The notes under the pieces: generated by a model
What the model was told of the DNA's origin: nothing
The model's input: the letters and a program-made list of their open reading frames with translations, nothing else
Databases searched by the model: none
Origin: Azolla caroliniana
Taxonomy: Eukaryota > Plantae > Polypodiophyta
Direction of reading: 5' to 3'
Assembly: GCA_043228905.1 (NCBI GenBank)
Contig: JBHGNT010000001.1
Location: forward strand, 22,754,001-22,818,000
Length of the DNA stretch: 64,000 bases
Position numbers and translations under genes: made by a program
Shown here: positions 38,901 through 51,217 of the stretch, piece by piece
Layout of the letters: every line of letters begins with the position of its first letter
How positions within the stretch are numbered: the first letter of the stretch is position 1

Positions 38901-41280
38901 ACGGTGAAGAAACAGAACCGGCCGAAGAAGATGAAAATGATACCGGAACCGGCCCCGATCCCGAAATGGATTCGGATGAAGAAGAATCGGAAGAACCGGT
39001 CACCGAAGCTCCGGAACGGAGATATCCTCTAAGAGAGAGAAGGGCCCCCCGGAGATTTCCGGAACCAGAGCACCTGTTGCTAACCGACGAGGGGGAGCCG
39101 GAGAGCTTTGAAGAAGCAAAGCATGACACCCAGAGCCGCAGGTGGTTGAGTGCCATGCAGGACGAGATGGATTCCCTGCATGAGAACCACACATATGAAC
39201 TTGTGGAGTTGCCGAAAGGAAAGCGGGCACTTCGAAACAAGTGGGTGTTCAAGCTGAAACCGGGAGATGCCGGAAACCCCCCGAGATACAAAGCCAGGAT
39301 CGTGGTGAAGGGGTTTCAGCAAAAGAAGGGCGTCGACTTCGACGAGATATTTGCCCCGGTAGTGAAAATGACCTCCATCCGGACGGTGCTGAGCATAGCG
39401 GCAAGCATGGACCTCGAGGTAGAACAGATGGACGTGAGGACAACATTCCTTCACGGTGACCTCGAAGAAGACATCTACATGCAGCAACCGGAAGGATTCG
39501 AGAAGAAAGGGAAGGAGCACCTGGTATGCCGGTTGAAGAAGAGCCTTTACGGACTAAAGCAGGCTCCCCGGCAATGGTACCGGAAGTTCGACTCCTTCAT
39601 GACCGACGAAGGGTACCTCAAAACGCAGTCCGACCACTGCGTGTTTGTGAAGAAGTTCGAAGGAGGAGACTTTCTAATACTCCTCCTGTAGGTGGACGAC
39701 ATGTTGATCGTCGGACGAGACCAGGTCCAGATACGGATGCTGAAGAAGGCTCTTCACTGAACCTTCTCAATGAAGGACCTGGGTCCGGCGAGACAAATAC
39801 TAGGGATGCACATCATCCGGGACCGGAGCAAGAAGCAGTTGTGGCTGTCACAGGAAAAGTACGTGACAAAGGTGCTTAAACGGTTCAACATGTCGGAAGC
39901 AAGACCGGTCGGATCGACCCTCCCGGCAAACTGCAAGCTGTCAAACAAGCAAAGTCCCAAGACGAAGGCTGAAAAGGAGGATATGATGAAAGTGCCGTAT
40001 GCCTCAGCCGTCGGGAGCTTGATGTACGCCATGGTGTGTACGAGACCGGACATAGGATATGCAGTCGGAGTGGTGAGCCGGTACATGAGCAATCCCGGCA
40101 AAGAGCATTGGAACGCGTCCAAGTGGATACTCCGATACCTGAAGGGCACGGCAAACGTGTGCCTCCGATTCGGCTCCGGTAAGCCCGAACTCGACGGCTT
40201 TACCGATTCGGATATGTCGGCTGATGCAGATACCAGCCGGTCCACATCAGGGTATGTGATGACGTATGCAGGGGGAGCGGTTTCATGGCAGTCGAGGCTG
40301 CAGAAGACGGTTGCGTTGTCAACCACGGAGGCGGAGTACATGGCGGCTGTTGAAGCCGGCAAGGAAATAATATGGATGAAGGACTTCATTAGAGAGCTCG
40401 GTATCCGACAGGAGGAGTACCGACTCTACTGCGACAGTCAGAGTGCAATCCACCTTGTGAAGAACGCGGCCTATCACTCCCGGACGAAGCACATCCAGCG
40501 AAGATATCACTGGATCCGGGAAAGGATAGAAGACAAGGAGTTCGTGCTGACGAAGGTCCACACGGACGAGAACGGGTCGGATATGCTGACCAAGGTGCTC
40601 ACACCCGACAAGCTGGAAGCATGCCGGAAGAGGATCGGATTGGAGAGACATCCCATGCCGAAGTGAAGGGGGAGTTTGTTGGGATTACGGTCCCTTTCGG
40701 ATGGGATGGTCGGATATCGGAGATGAATGCCGACAAGCCCGGTTTCAGTTTCGGAACCGGATGATGAAGACCCCGGCTTCGGAGCCGGATGACGAATGTA
40801 CCCGGAGCGAGATCCGGATGCGGGGACATATCTGTGAATATGTTTGCCAAGGGCCCTTGAGGCTATAGTTGTAAATAGCCCCAAAGTCATATGTGTATAA
40901 ATATGACTTAGGGCAAACAGTTTGAATGTTGCTACTCATTTTTCTGTTTTTCCACTCAAGAGGAGTGAAGAGAGAGCAGCCGTGAGAGAGATAGAGCGTG
41001 AGAGAGGAGGAGGTCGACGCCTCTGTGTATTTCCGCCGCCTGTGGCGAGGACAGCGAGCTCAAGGTCGTCGCCTTGCAGCTCGCCATTGTATACTTCTCT
41101 GTGCATAGTTTTGGTTCGGAGTCTTGGACTCCCATGGTTTTTCCCGTACAGGGTTTTCCACGTTAAATCGTGTGTCCTCTCTATTTTTAGCATTTCCTAT
41201 TTTCTGCAACAACGATTCGTGTGTTTCCTTGGTTGTGGCCAAGAGGTGAAGTGTGGAAAGTGTCGATTGATTTTCCATCA
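35959..41280 (+). mobile_element. Copia A4, near-intact and youngest element
   Basis: TSD GATCA; 604-bp LTRs 35959-36562 and 40677-41280 with about 4 differences seen; PBS 36566-36577; PPT gaagggggag just before the 3' LTR. Confidence 0.97.
36593..40666 (+). pseudogene. A4 gag-pol polyprotein with two in-frame stops in RT (39689-39691, replacing the Y of YVDD, and 39758-39760)
   Basis: ORFs 36503..39691 and 39770..40666 are in the same frame; motifs CFHCGKPGHFRKNC, WVVDSGAS, HTDVC, RADNGGEY, FTDSDMS, RTKHI. Confidence 0.95.
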
Positions 41281-44200
41281 GATCAAACTTTTCTCTCCGG
41301 TCCTTAGCAACATGCACGTATGCAAGATACCCGAATACTTTCAGATGCCGGTAGGACACTTCCTTACCAGTCCAGACTCTCTGTGGCTTGTCTCCGTCCA
41401 AGTGTACTGAGGGTGATCTATTTATCACATATGTCGTCGTCGACAGTGCCTCAGCCGAAAACATCTTGGGCAGTTTTGCATGCGCCAACATACTCCAGAC
41501 CCTCTCCATTATGGTCCGGTTCATCCTCTCGGCCAGCCCATTTAGTTCTGGCGTCTTCGGCACAATAAATTTGAGCCGGATTCCATTCGAGCGACAGTAC
41601 TCCTCGAATTGCCCCCGATATTTACCTCCGTTATCTGCTCGAACCGCCTTCAGCTTTCAGCTGGTTTCTCTTTCCACTCTCGCGTGGAGCTCTTTGAAGA
41701 CGGATAACACCTGATCCTTCGTCTTCAAAGGTGTGGCCCACAGCTTCCGGCAGTGGTCATCTATGAACGTCAAGAAGTACTACGATCCTGCATGTGACTT
41801 CATGTCTACTTGACACACATCAGTATGCACCAACTCCAGTGGTGCATTACGTCTCATCAGTGGCCTTGGTCGGAAGGAGGTCCGGTTTTGCTTACTGGCC
41901 AGACAGTCAATGCACTTCTCCAAGTGCACGTTCTTCACTGGAATGAGGTTGTCGTCAGCAAGCCTCTTTATCCCCTTCTCACTCATGTGACATAGCCTTT
42001 TGTGCCACAGCTTACCGGCAGTGTCGGATGCCACGTTCACTTCCTCCGGACATAACCGGGCATTCATCAGGTACAATGTGTTTACCTTCCGGGCCCGAGC
42101 CACAATCAGGCTCCCTTTGTTGAACTTCATAACATCGTTCCGGATGTTACCCGTGTATCCTTCATCATCTAGCCGACCGGCTGATATCAGGTTCAGACGA
42201 ACCTCCGGAACGTGTCGGACATCCTTCAACAGCAGCTTGCATCCGGTTGGTGTTGTCAGCCACACGTCTCGTATGCCGACAATTCGGCATGTACCTTCAT
42301 TCCCCATCCGGACACAACCGTGATCACCAGCTGAGTAGGATGAGAAGCATTTCCGGTCCGGGATAAGGTGGAACGACACTTCGGAGTCGACCACCCAGGT
42401 CATCTCGTTGCCGGCAAGATTTATCTCACTCTCCTCGGTGATGAGCATCAACTCTTCTTCACTTGCCGCGATTGTCGTCGTTCCCTTCCAGTCCGGTCTC
42501 TACCATTCCGGTCGGTGTCTGCTTCGAATCGGTACCATCGGTTTCCTTGTCTTTTTGGAAATGACGACAGTTCTTCTGGAAGTGTCCCGGCTTGCCACAA
42601 TAGAAGCAAGTAGGCCTCCCCCTTGACTTTGACCGTGTCCCTGACTTTTCCCGGTTCTGGGGACTACGGTTCCTTTGTCTTCCGCGTTCCGATTCGGTAA
42701 GGAGCGCTTTGGAGTCGGAGCTCATATCCTTATCTTTCTGACACGCCTCCTCATCTAGCAAGCTCGACTTCACTCTTGCTAGGGATAACCGTTTCCCTTC
42801 TGGCCCGGCGTTGCCCAAGGTGACAACCAACATCTCCCAGCTATCTGGGAGGGAACCAAGCAGGAGTAGTGCTAGTACCTCATCGGCAAGAGGTACTTCC
42901 AATGATGTTGCCTGGTGGATCAGCCCCTGGAAGGCATTCATGTGCTCCGCCATGCTGGAGCCATCTTGGTACCGGAGTCTTACTAGTTTCCGAAATACCG
43001 AAACCTGATTGACAACGTTTTTGTTCTGAAACATAATGTCGATCTTCTCCCAGAGCTCATGAGCCTTGCTCTCTTCATTGAAGTTGTTGTATAGACTCAT
43101 GTCGATGAAGCACCGTATGTAAGACGTTGTCTTCATGTCCATCACCTCCCATATCGCGACGTCGATTTTGTCCGGTCTCTTGTCCCTGAACTAAACCGGC
43201 AGCCAAAGGTCTTTAACCATGAGCATGTCCCTCATCTTCGACTTCCACACCGAATAGTTGGAGCCGGTGAGCTTGAACATGCCTCCCAACGAATCGTCCA
43301 TTTTTCTGTGTTGCCTCACTTTGATACCACTTTGACAGGAACTACACGCTCCCGATGAACAACACTCGGCCACAACCGAGTCTAAAATGAAACACAAAAA
43401 ACGGATAATGAACGCACGACACAAAGAAGAGAAGAGTACACAGGATGTTTAACATGGAAAACCCTGAGAGGGAAAAACTACGGGAGTTCACAGACTCCAA
43501 ACTATCACTATATCACAATGATTACAACAGTGAGCTCACAGAGGCAACGACCTCGTGCTCACGATCTTCGCCACAAGCGGCGGTTAGAACAGAGGCAACA
43601 ACCTCTTCCTCTCTCTCTCTCTCTCTGTACATTGTTACACGCTCTCTAGTCTTACTCCAACAAGAATGACAACAACAACTACCATTAAGTTTGCCCTAAG
43701 TCATATTTATATTAATATGACTTTTCGGCTATTTACAAATATAGCCCCGACGGACTCTCAGAAACATATTTACGAATATGTCCCTTCATCTGGTGAGCAC
43801 TCCTCACCGGGCCTGCATCATCCGGCTCTTGCCGGGTACTCGTCATCCAATTCTCACCGGGTCTTCCGTTGCCGGGTGCTCGTCATCCGGTTCTCACCAG
43901 GTCTTCCGTTGCCAGGTACTCCTCATCCGGTTCTCACCGAGTCTTCACCATCCGGCCCTTGTCGGGTACTCCACATCCGGTTCTCTTCACTTCCCATCCG
44001 GAGGGACCTATTTCCTAACAGAACCTTTGTCACGTACTTCTCTTGTGACAGCCACAATTGCTTCGTTGACCGGTCCTGGATGATATGCATCCCTAGTATC
44101 TGTCTTGCCAGACCCAAGTCTTTCATTGAGAAGGTCCGGTTCAAGGCCTTCTTCAGCATCCGAATCTTCACTTGGTCCTGTCCAACAATCAACATGTCGT

Positions 44201-45489
44201 CCACATATAGGAGCAATATCAGGAAGTCTCCTCCATCGAATTTCTTCACAAATACACAGTGATCGGCCTGCGTCTTGTGGTACCCTTGATCGGTCATGAA
44301 GGAGTCAAACTTCCGGTACCATTGTCGGGGAGCTTGCTTCAATCCGTAGAGGCTCTTTTTGAACCGGCAAACCAGGTGCTCCTTCCCTTTCTTCACAAAT
44401 CCCTCCGGTTGCTACATGTAGATCTCCTCTTCGAGGTCGCCATGGAGGAATGTCTTTTTCACGTCTAACTGCTCTACCTCAAGGTCCATGCTTGCCGTTA
44501 TGCATAGCACCGTCCTAATGGAAGTCATCTTTACTACTGGGGCAAATATCTCGTCGAAGTCCACACCCTTCTTCTGCTAGAACCCCTTCACTATGATCCT
44601 AGCTTTGTATCTCAGGGGGTTACCGGAATCTCCCGGTTTCAGCTTGTACACCCACTTATTCCAGAGTGCCCATTTTCCTTTCGGCAACTCCACCAATTCA
44701 TATGTGTGGTTCTCATGCAAGGAATCCATGTCATCCTGCATGGCACTCAATCACTTGCGGTTGCGGGTGTCTCTCTTAGCTTCTTCGAAGCTTTCCGACT
44801 CCCCCTCATCGGTCAGCAACACGTTGTCGCGTTTCTACGCGCGTGCGTGGAGAAACGAGGCGGGACCACCGGGGTCTTGAACCAAAGAGCAGGTGATAGG
44901 AGGGGAAAGAGAAAGAGAGAGACGACCGGTAACGTATGAGCAAAGAGACACTGGGGCACCGCCCGTCAACGCAGAAAACGCGAATGCACACAAAGACAGA
45001 GGGACGCGAATGTTTGTGTATTAACAAATGACACAAAACAACAGAGCACACGAACGGTTACAACCGAACAGGCCGGCGAACAAATGTCGATGCCTGCTCG
45101 TCTGCGCACAAAAGGGGATAGGATGGAGGTGCTGTCGGAAGCACACGAGCGTTCCTCGAAGCAGCGCGAGCCTCCCGTAAACTTGCAGAGAAGAGCAATA
45201 GAGAACAAACAGAGGAGAAGCGTTCGGTTACAGTTCGACAGCACTTCGTCCTCCTCAATGCGCGATCCCCTCTCCCCTGCGTCTCCTTCTCTCTTATAGC
45301 TTCAGGAAGGGAGCCGTCTCCCTCATTTACTTCCTACCTACCGAATCTAACTACCCCCCCCCCCCCCCCCGGATATGCCTATGTACCTAATTCCCTATTA
45401 TATACATAAAAGGGCGCGCACGCGTGAAGAGTTGGTTCACGCGCGCTATGCACCGATTGCGCTAAGGGACGGTTTTCTTCACGACATCC

Positions 45490-48400
45490 GCCCCCACCTA
45501 ACCGCGCATCCACCGGTATGCGCCAAAATTGTGCTCTGGTTGGAGAAAACCGGCCCGAGTTCCGGTTCTTCGTCCATCGGTTCGTCCTCCGTTTCGGACT
45601 GTTCATCGTCGTTGTCCAGGCCTCTTAGATCCGGTTCGTCGTCGTGGCGCTTCTTGAACGCTTTGATCCACTTCCCTGCTACCGATATCGCCATCCTCGT
45701 ACCGTCGAGTTCCGCCAGGTGATACGTCCCATTGTCGTTGGCGCTCGTTACCACGTAAGGCCCGAACCACCGCTTTGCAAACTTCCGTGTTCCCCGATGC
45801 TGGTTGTCGAGGCTGCTATCGTAGACTAGCACCCAGTCGCCTTCCTCGATTTGAATCTTTGGTCGGAGCCGGTGTGTTCAGTCGAACCGGGCTTTGTTCC
45901 TCATCCTTGCCGTCCGAAGTCTCTCCGTCGCTCGTTCCACGTCCTCTGGCCTCCGCTCGAGCTGTCGTATACGTGCCGCTAGCAGATCTTCCCGACTCAT
46001 CTCGTCTCTCCAGTCCACTGTCGCCCAAGAGGATATCGTTCGTTCCATCGGCATGATCAGCTTTTGTCCGAACATGAGCTCTGACGGCATGAACCAGTTA
46101 CCGAACTGTGTGTGGTCCTGTCCGCCCATAAGGCATAAGGTAACAGTCGTGGCCAGTTCCCGACCTGGCCTCCGCATGCCCGAACTAACGCTTTGACGAT
46201 CGGTCCGTGTCCGCGCTCCACCTTCCCGTTCGCCTCCGAATTGTACATTGTGGTGAGCGAGAGCTTGACCCCTATCCTGTTGAACAACTCCTCGGCCTCT
46301 TCGGCGTCCAACTCCCCGCGGTCAGCCACGATCTTCCTGACGCACCCGTACCGGCATATCACGTCCTCGATCAGGAACCGACACACGGCCGCGATCGTTT
46401 TGTTCTGTAGGGCTCAGCCTTCCACCTGGTTCGTCAGGTCCTCCCGGGCCAGCAGCAGATATCGCATCTGCCCTACGCCCATCGGCATCGTCACCAAATC
46501 TACTATCCATTCGAAATGGATGGCCGGAGGGTAAGTAGGGTGAAGCTCGTCCCGATGTCGGACCATGGAGTGCATCTGACAACTCTCACAAGTTGTCACG
46601 AACCGATGCACGTCCCGGTACAGTCCCGACCACCAGTACTTCTCCTTTAGTTTCTCGAACATGGCCCACGTTCCACGGTGTCCAGCCCAGGGGCTGTCGT
46701 GGTAGGCCTTCAGTAACTCCTCCTGTTCCTCCTTCATCGCCACTACTCGGAGCGGGATGTCGTTTCTCTTCTTCGGGTGCTTCCACAAGTATCCGTCCCG
46801 GAGAAAGAATCGGTACGCTTTCTTCCGGATCCGGTTGGCCTCGTCCTTTGTCCATGACGCGTCCGGCGTCATCGTCCTTAAGAATCCTCCACTCTGCAAC
46901 CACTCCCCATCGTCCTTGCTTTCGTTAAAATCGTTAAGCGCCGGAGTGCTCCCCCCTCGGTTGTTACGTAAGCCGCCTCAAAGAAGTCCACGCCGACTTC
47001 CTCGTCCTCCGAAACCATGCCGCCCTCGTCGTCAAATCGCGCCCTCGAAAGCATGTCGGCCATGGCATTGTCTTTCCCGGAAATGTGTCATATTTCCGTA
47101 TCCAGGGACATGATGTACGCTATCCACCTAAGCATTGCCAGGTCCGGGGTTGCGCATCCGGAAACCATGCCGAGAATCGGCAGGCAGTCCGTCTCGATAA
47201 TCACCTCTGTCCCAATCAGATAGTCTTTATCGGCCTTCACCGCCGAAACGATACCCCAGAGTTCGCGTTTAACCTGGGCATACCCTCATTGTCGCTCGGT
47301 GAGGACCTTCGCACCGAACCGGATAGGGAACCGAATGCCGTCCTCATCTTCTTGGTTGACAACCCATCCGATCCCGGTCGGACTCGTATCTACCGTTATG
47401 TAGACGGGAGTGCCTTTCTCGTAGACAGCCTTCCGGAGTGTCGGAGCTGCAGCAAGAGCCTCCTTCATCTTTCGGACTGACTCCGTATGCTTGTCTCGCC
47501 ACTCGAATTTTCGCCCCTTTTTCAGCAACCCGTATAGCGGCTCGGCAACGTGGGCGTAATGCGGGATCCATGTGTGGTAGAATGTGCATGCTCCCAAGAA
47601 CCTCCGTACCTCCGTGACCGAGTTACAGTCGGGCTTCATTGTGGAGATGGCTTCCACCTTAGCCGGAGACGATTTCCGGCCATACAGTCCGCATAGATGT
47701 CCGACGACCATGATCTCTGATTGCCTGAAGGCCGATTTCTCCCCGGAAAAGATGAGCCTCGCGTCCTCTAGCCTCTGCAGCACCCTCTCGCAGTCGTCAA
47801 TGTGTGTCGCCACGAATTTCCAGCATCCGTCCGGTCCGATTGTTTCGTCCTTTTCCTCCACCGGACATCCCTTGATCGGGATGTCGTCCAAGAATGGCAT
47901 GGTGATGTCCGGGATACAATCCCTCAACACCTTGTTCATCGCATTTACCATGTGGGCCACCGAGTTCGTCCCTCCTTGTGGCAGGGTACACATCCGCACT
48001 AGGCCAAGAGGAGTCCGCATCGTCGTAATGTCTCTGCTCTCTACGGCTAGTTGGAACTGATCGTACCCCGAGTACAGATCACTGACCGAGTAGATCGACC
48101 TTCCGGCGAAGGCCTCTGCGAAGTCGTCTATCGTCGGTCCGATTCCTGCGTTCCGAATGGTCACTCTATTGACCGGTTGTAGATCTTGAATGAAGCGCAA
48201 CGTCCCGTTCTTCTTCGGTACTGTAAACCACCGGTTTGAGTACAGGGCACTTGACGGTTCGAGGATGTCTATATCATCTTTCTGCCTTAACAGCTCCTTC
48301 AGCTCCGGGATGTGAGCTCTCGGTACCGGAATTGGTTTGAGATTCCACGGCACATGCGGTACCGTGAATATCACCATGGGCTCCACGACCGTCGGGTCTA

Positions 48401-51177
48401 CGCACCCGATCTCTCCCGGTGAGAATGCGAAGGCTTTCCCGTGCCTTCCGAGCATTCTCCGAAACCGGTCTTCTTCCGCCGGCAGTAGGAACCCGCCCCC
48501 ACCGATTTTGAGCTCCCATAGCGTTCTGTCGGTGAAGGCGTGCCCTATGCAGGCCGGATCTCGTAAACTGGGGTCCGACACGACCCCCTTGATTCGCAAC
48601 TCGCTGCCCTCCGGTAAGGGTGCCGCGACTGGCCTTACCTTCCGGTCCACAGTCTTGTACTTCGTGTTAACCCGTGCCGTCTGATCCGACTTGAGCCCTC
48701 GACTGAAGTCCGCGATGACTTCGTACATCTCTTTTGAACAAACCGGTATCGTCCGGTCCTCTTTAAGGCCCTCTCCGACCACCTCTTGCAGTATTCCCAA
48801 GGTATCGTCGAAGGAGACCGCCTCCACGGCTCTGTTGATTTCCTAGTTTGGCCCGAGAACTCCGCACGCCCGAAGTCGCTCTTCCGCCCTTGCCTTTTCT
48901 CGGCCTACGACGCCGACTATTGTACACCCTCCATTGTCGGAGAAACAAAACTTCCTACTTATGGTACAAGGTTTCTTCAGTTTTGCCTCTATCGTATATT
49001 TGTGGGGTTTTCCCAGAGCGTCCGGACTGTCGCGGCCCCACGCCTTGACAACCCTCTCTAAAAATCCTCTCGGTTCTCGCCACCGACTCGTAGTTTCGCT
49101 CGTGGTTCGGTCGCACCGTCAGGAACTGGACCGAATGACGCCCGTCCTGACTCTTGACCCTCGCGTAAGCCGACCCGTTTTCCAGCACCTTGGTCTCCAT
49201 CCGCGCTGCCGTAATGTACGGTTCTCCCAGTATGACCGGGTGCGAGGACGTCTCCTGCACAAAGAAGTGTTGGTCTATCTCGACGTCGCCGATCTTGACT
49301 CGCACGTTCGGGCAGGCCCCGTGTAGTTCCTCGGTGGCGCGCGTCGCCGCCCGTATCTTCCACCCGTGCTTGGTGTTGATCGGCCATTTCCCCTTCTTGT
49401 AGAAGTCCATGGACATCAGGTTTATTTCTGAACCGTGGTCCACCAGCGCCACCACCGGTTCCTGAACATCTCCGATCTTCACCGAGGTTTCCGTGGTCGC
49501 TCGGGCCCAATGTGGCCTCGAATAGTGGCTCTCTGCCCACTCGTCTTCCATCGCCATGTCTTCCATGTGCGTTGTCCGCACCTCCACCGGCATTTCCAGT
49601 TCTGCCTCCGTCGACAGCGTCTTCCTCTTCACCAAGTCTACGATGGAGTCGTGGAACTCCTTCTTGGCGATTCCGAGCACCTCCCGCAACGACAGTTCCA
49701 CCTTGTTGTCGAGGATTCGTTCTTCCAGGACCTTTCATAGGTCCGTGGTCCTTTCGATCTCCGTGCCCGAACGGTATCCGCCCTTCTTGTGGTTATCCCA
49801 GGCACTGGACTCACCGGCCTCGTTCCGTTTCAGCCCGAATCGGGTTTCGTATCTCTGTGAGGGTCCGGCCCCTCCGGTTTTACCTACCCGTTTGTCTTCA
49901 ACCAGAGCCCCGTAGTTCTAGCAAGCTGCTTCTACGAAACCCGTCTTTTCTTCGACCGGGTCACTCCACCCGGTTACCTCCTGGACCTGCTTCTCCGCGC
50001 GGTCCGCCTCGTCTCTCTTTAGTCGGGCACCGGCGAGGCCTACCAGCACCGTCGGCCAGAACCCGGCTTTGCTCTCCTTCCGGGCCTCGCTGCCTCCGAC
50101 CCGAATACCGGATGACGCTGAATAGTGGACGGTCTCCGCGTGCCAGGCTGCCACCTCTTCCATCAGCCTTTTCATTCCTCCTCGCCCGTCGTTTCGGTTC
50201 AGGGCCCTCCGGGTATCGCTAGCGTGCACCCGACCTTCCCATAGGTACACTACCCGGCTTCTGAAAGCCTCCATAAAGTCCCTGCAGTCTTTCAGGATGT
50301 GGCCGACCTCGTCGCACCACATGCACCTACTTCCTGCCGGAGGCCGTCGGTCACGAGCCTGATCGCCGCCTTCCCTCCGAGCTTGGCCGATCTGGAGATC
50401 CTTTACCGCTCGTGTCAACTCCTCCAGAGCTGTTCCCCCGGACGAGCTTCTGATCACGCCGGTCGAAGACGAACCGGTTTCGAGCCACTCCCGGGTCTCT
50501 TCCCTTCGCGCCTGCGGTATCGGTTCGAGCTTCCTTGCTGCGACAGGTCCCGCCCCGGTCGCCTCTGTATCAGCCCACTCCCACCGTTTGTCAAAACAGC
50601 CGCAGACTCTCTTTACCGTGGCCCAGTCGGCCATCACGTCTTTGGTTTCCAGTAAGGAGCCAACTTGCTCCCGATCCCGTGCGTCAACCGATTTGACAAA
50701 CAGTAGGACACGACTTGTGTCTAGAACGGTCCGATCGAGCGCCGAAAGGCGCGCAAAGCATTCCTCAAACTCCCGGAGGAGTACCGACGCATTTCTTCCT
50801 TTGTTGGGGGACTCCACCCACTCCATGAAGCCCTACTTCGAAAGTCGAAACGCGTCATCTAGCCCGTATTTCTCCAGGAGCCGTCCTTCGAACTCCTCCC
50901 AGGTCCAACTCTCCGCCCGGACCTCAAGCACCTCCGCATGGATGCCTGGCATCGCCACTCGAGGGAATCCGGCAAGACGCCTCTCTTCCGGAATATCCCT
51001 CATCAACACCTCCGCCCGGTAGGACGCCAAATAACTCGTGGCATCCTTTCCACTGAACCAGCCAATCGTACCGACGATCGCCTCAATAGCCCTGTCAAGG
51101 GCTCCGGTGCCCTCGCGCGCGCTCACTATCCGGTCCACGGCCGAAGCCATGGCCTATACAAGATCCGACCCCCTCAT
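45490..51177 (-). pseudogene. G2 gag-pol remnants
   Basis: Zinc knuckle CMWCDEVGHILKDC, protease ALVDHGSEINL, RT (NRWFTVPKKNG, DLYSGY, FLDD), RNase H (VDTSPTGIG), integrase HHCC and core (EANGKVERGH, FGPY); several stops and frameshifts. Confidence 0.9.
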
Positions 51178-51199
51178 CTTCTGCTCCTCTGCCGCCTTG

Positions 51200-51217
51200 T
51201 TCACGTCGGGTTCACCA
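51200..51217 (-). promoter_or_regulatory. PBS complementary to tRNA-Trp
   Basis: Plus strand ttcacgtcgggttcacca matches the 3' 18 nt of plant cytosolic tRNA-Trp as recalled; it lies 4 nt from the LTR. Confidence 0.85.

Larger units (their letters stand above)
33202..44020 (-). mobile_element. Copia A3, degenerate; hosts A4
   Basis: TSD GAACC; LTRs 33202-33929 and 43333-44020; PBS remnant ~43318-43329; RH/RT/INT 33940-35953, INT/PR/gag 41286-43301. Confidence 0.93.

Noticed and set aside
39758-39760. TGA at the same RT codon in A1, A5 and A4 as programmed readthrough
   Set aside because: A2 and A3 encode Arg there, CGA>TGA is a CpG deamination hotspot, and A1/A5 share it through the identical tract.
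45354-45370. Poly-C tracts in G2 LTRs and (CT)n/(AG)n runs in other LTRs
   Set aside because: Ordinary slippage-prone LTR microsatellites.
51200-51217. tRNA-Trp gene
   Set aside because: Only the 3' 18 nt including CCA are present, next to an LTR, so it is a PBS.
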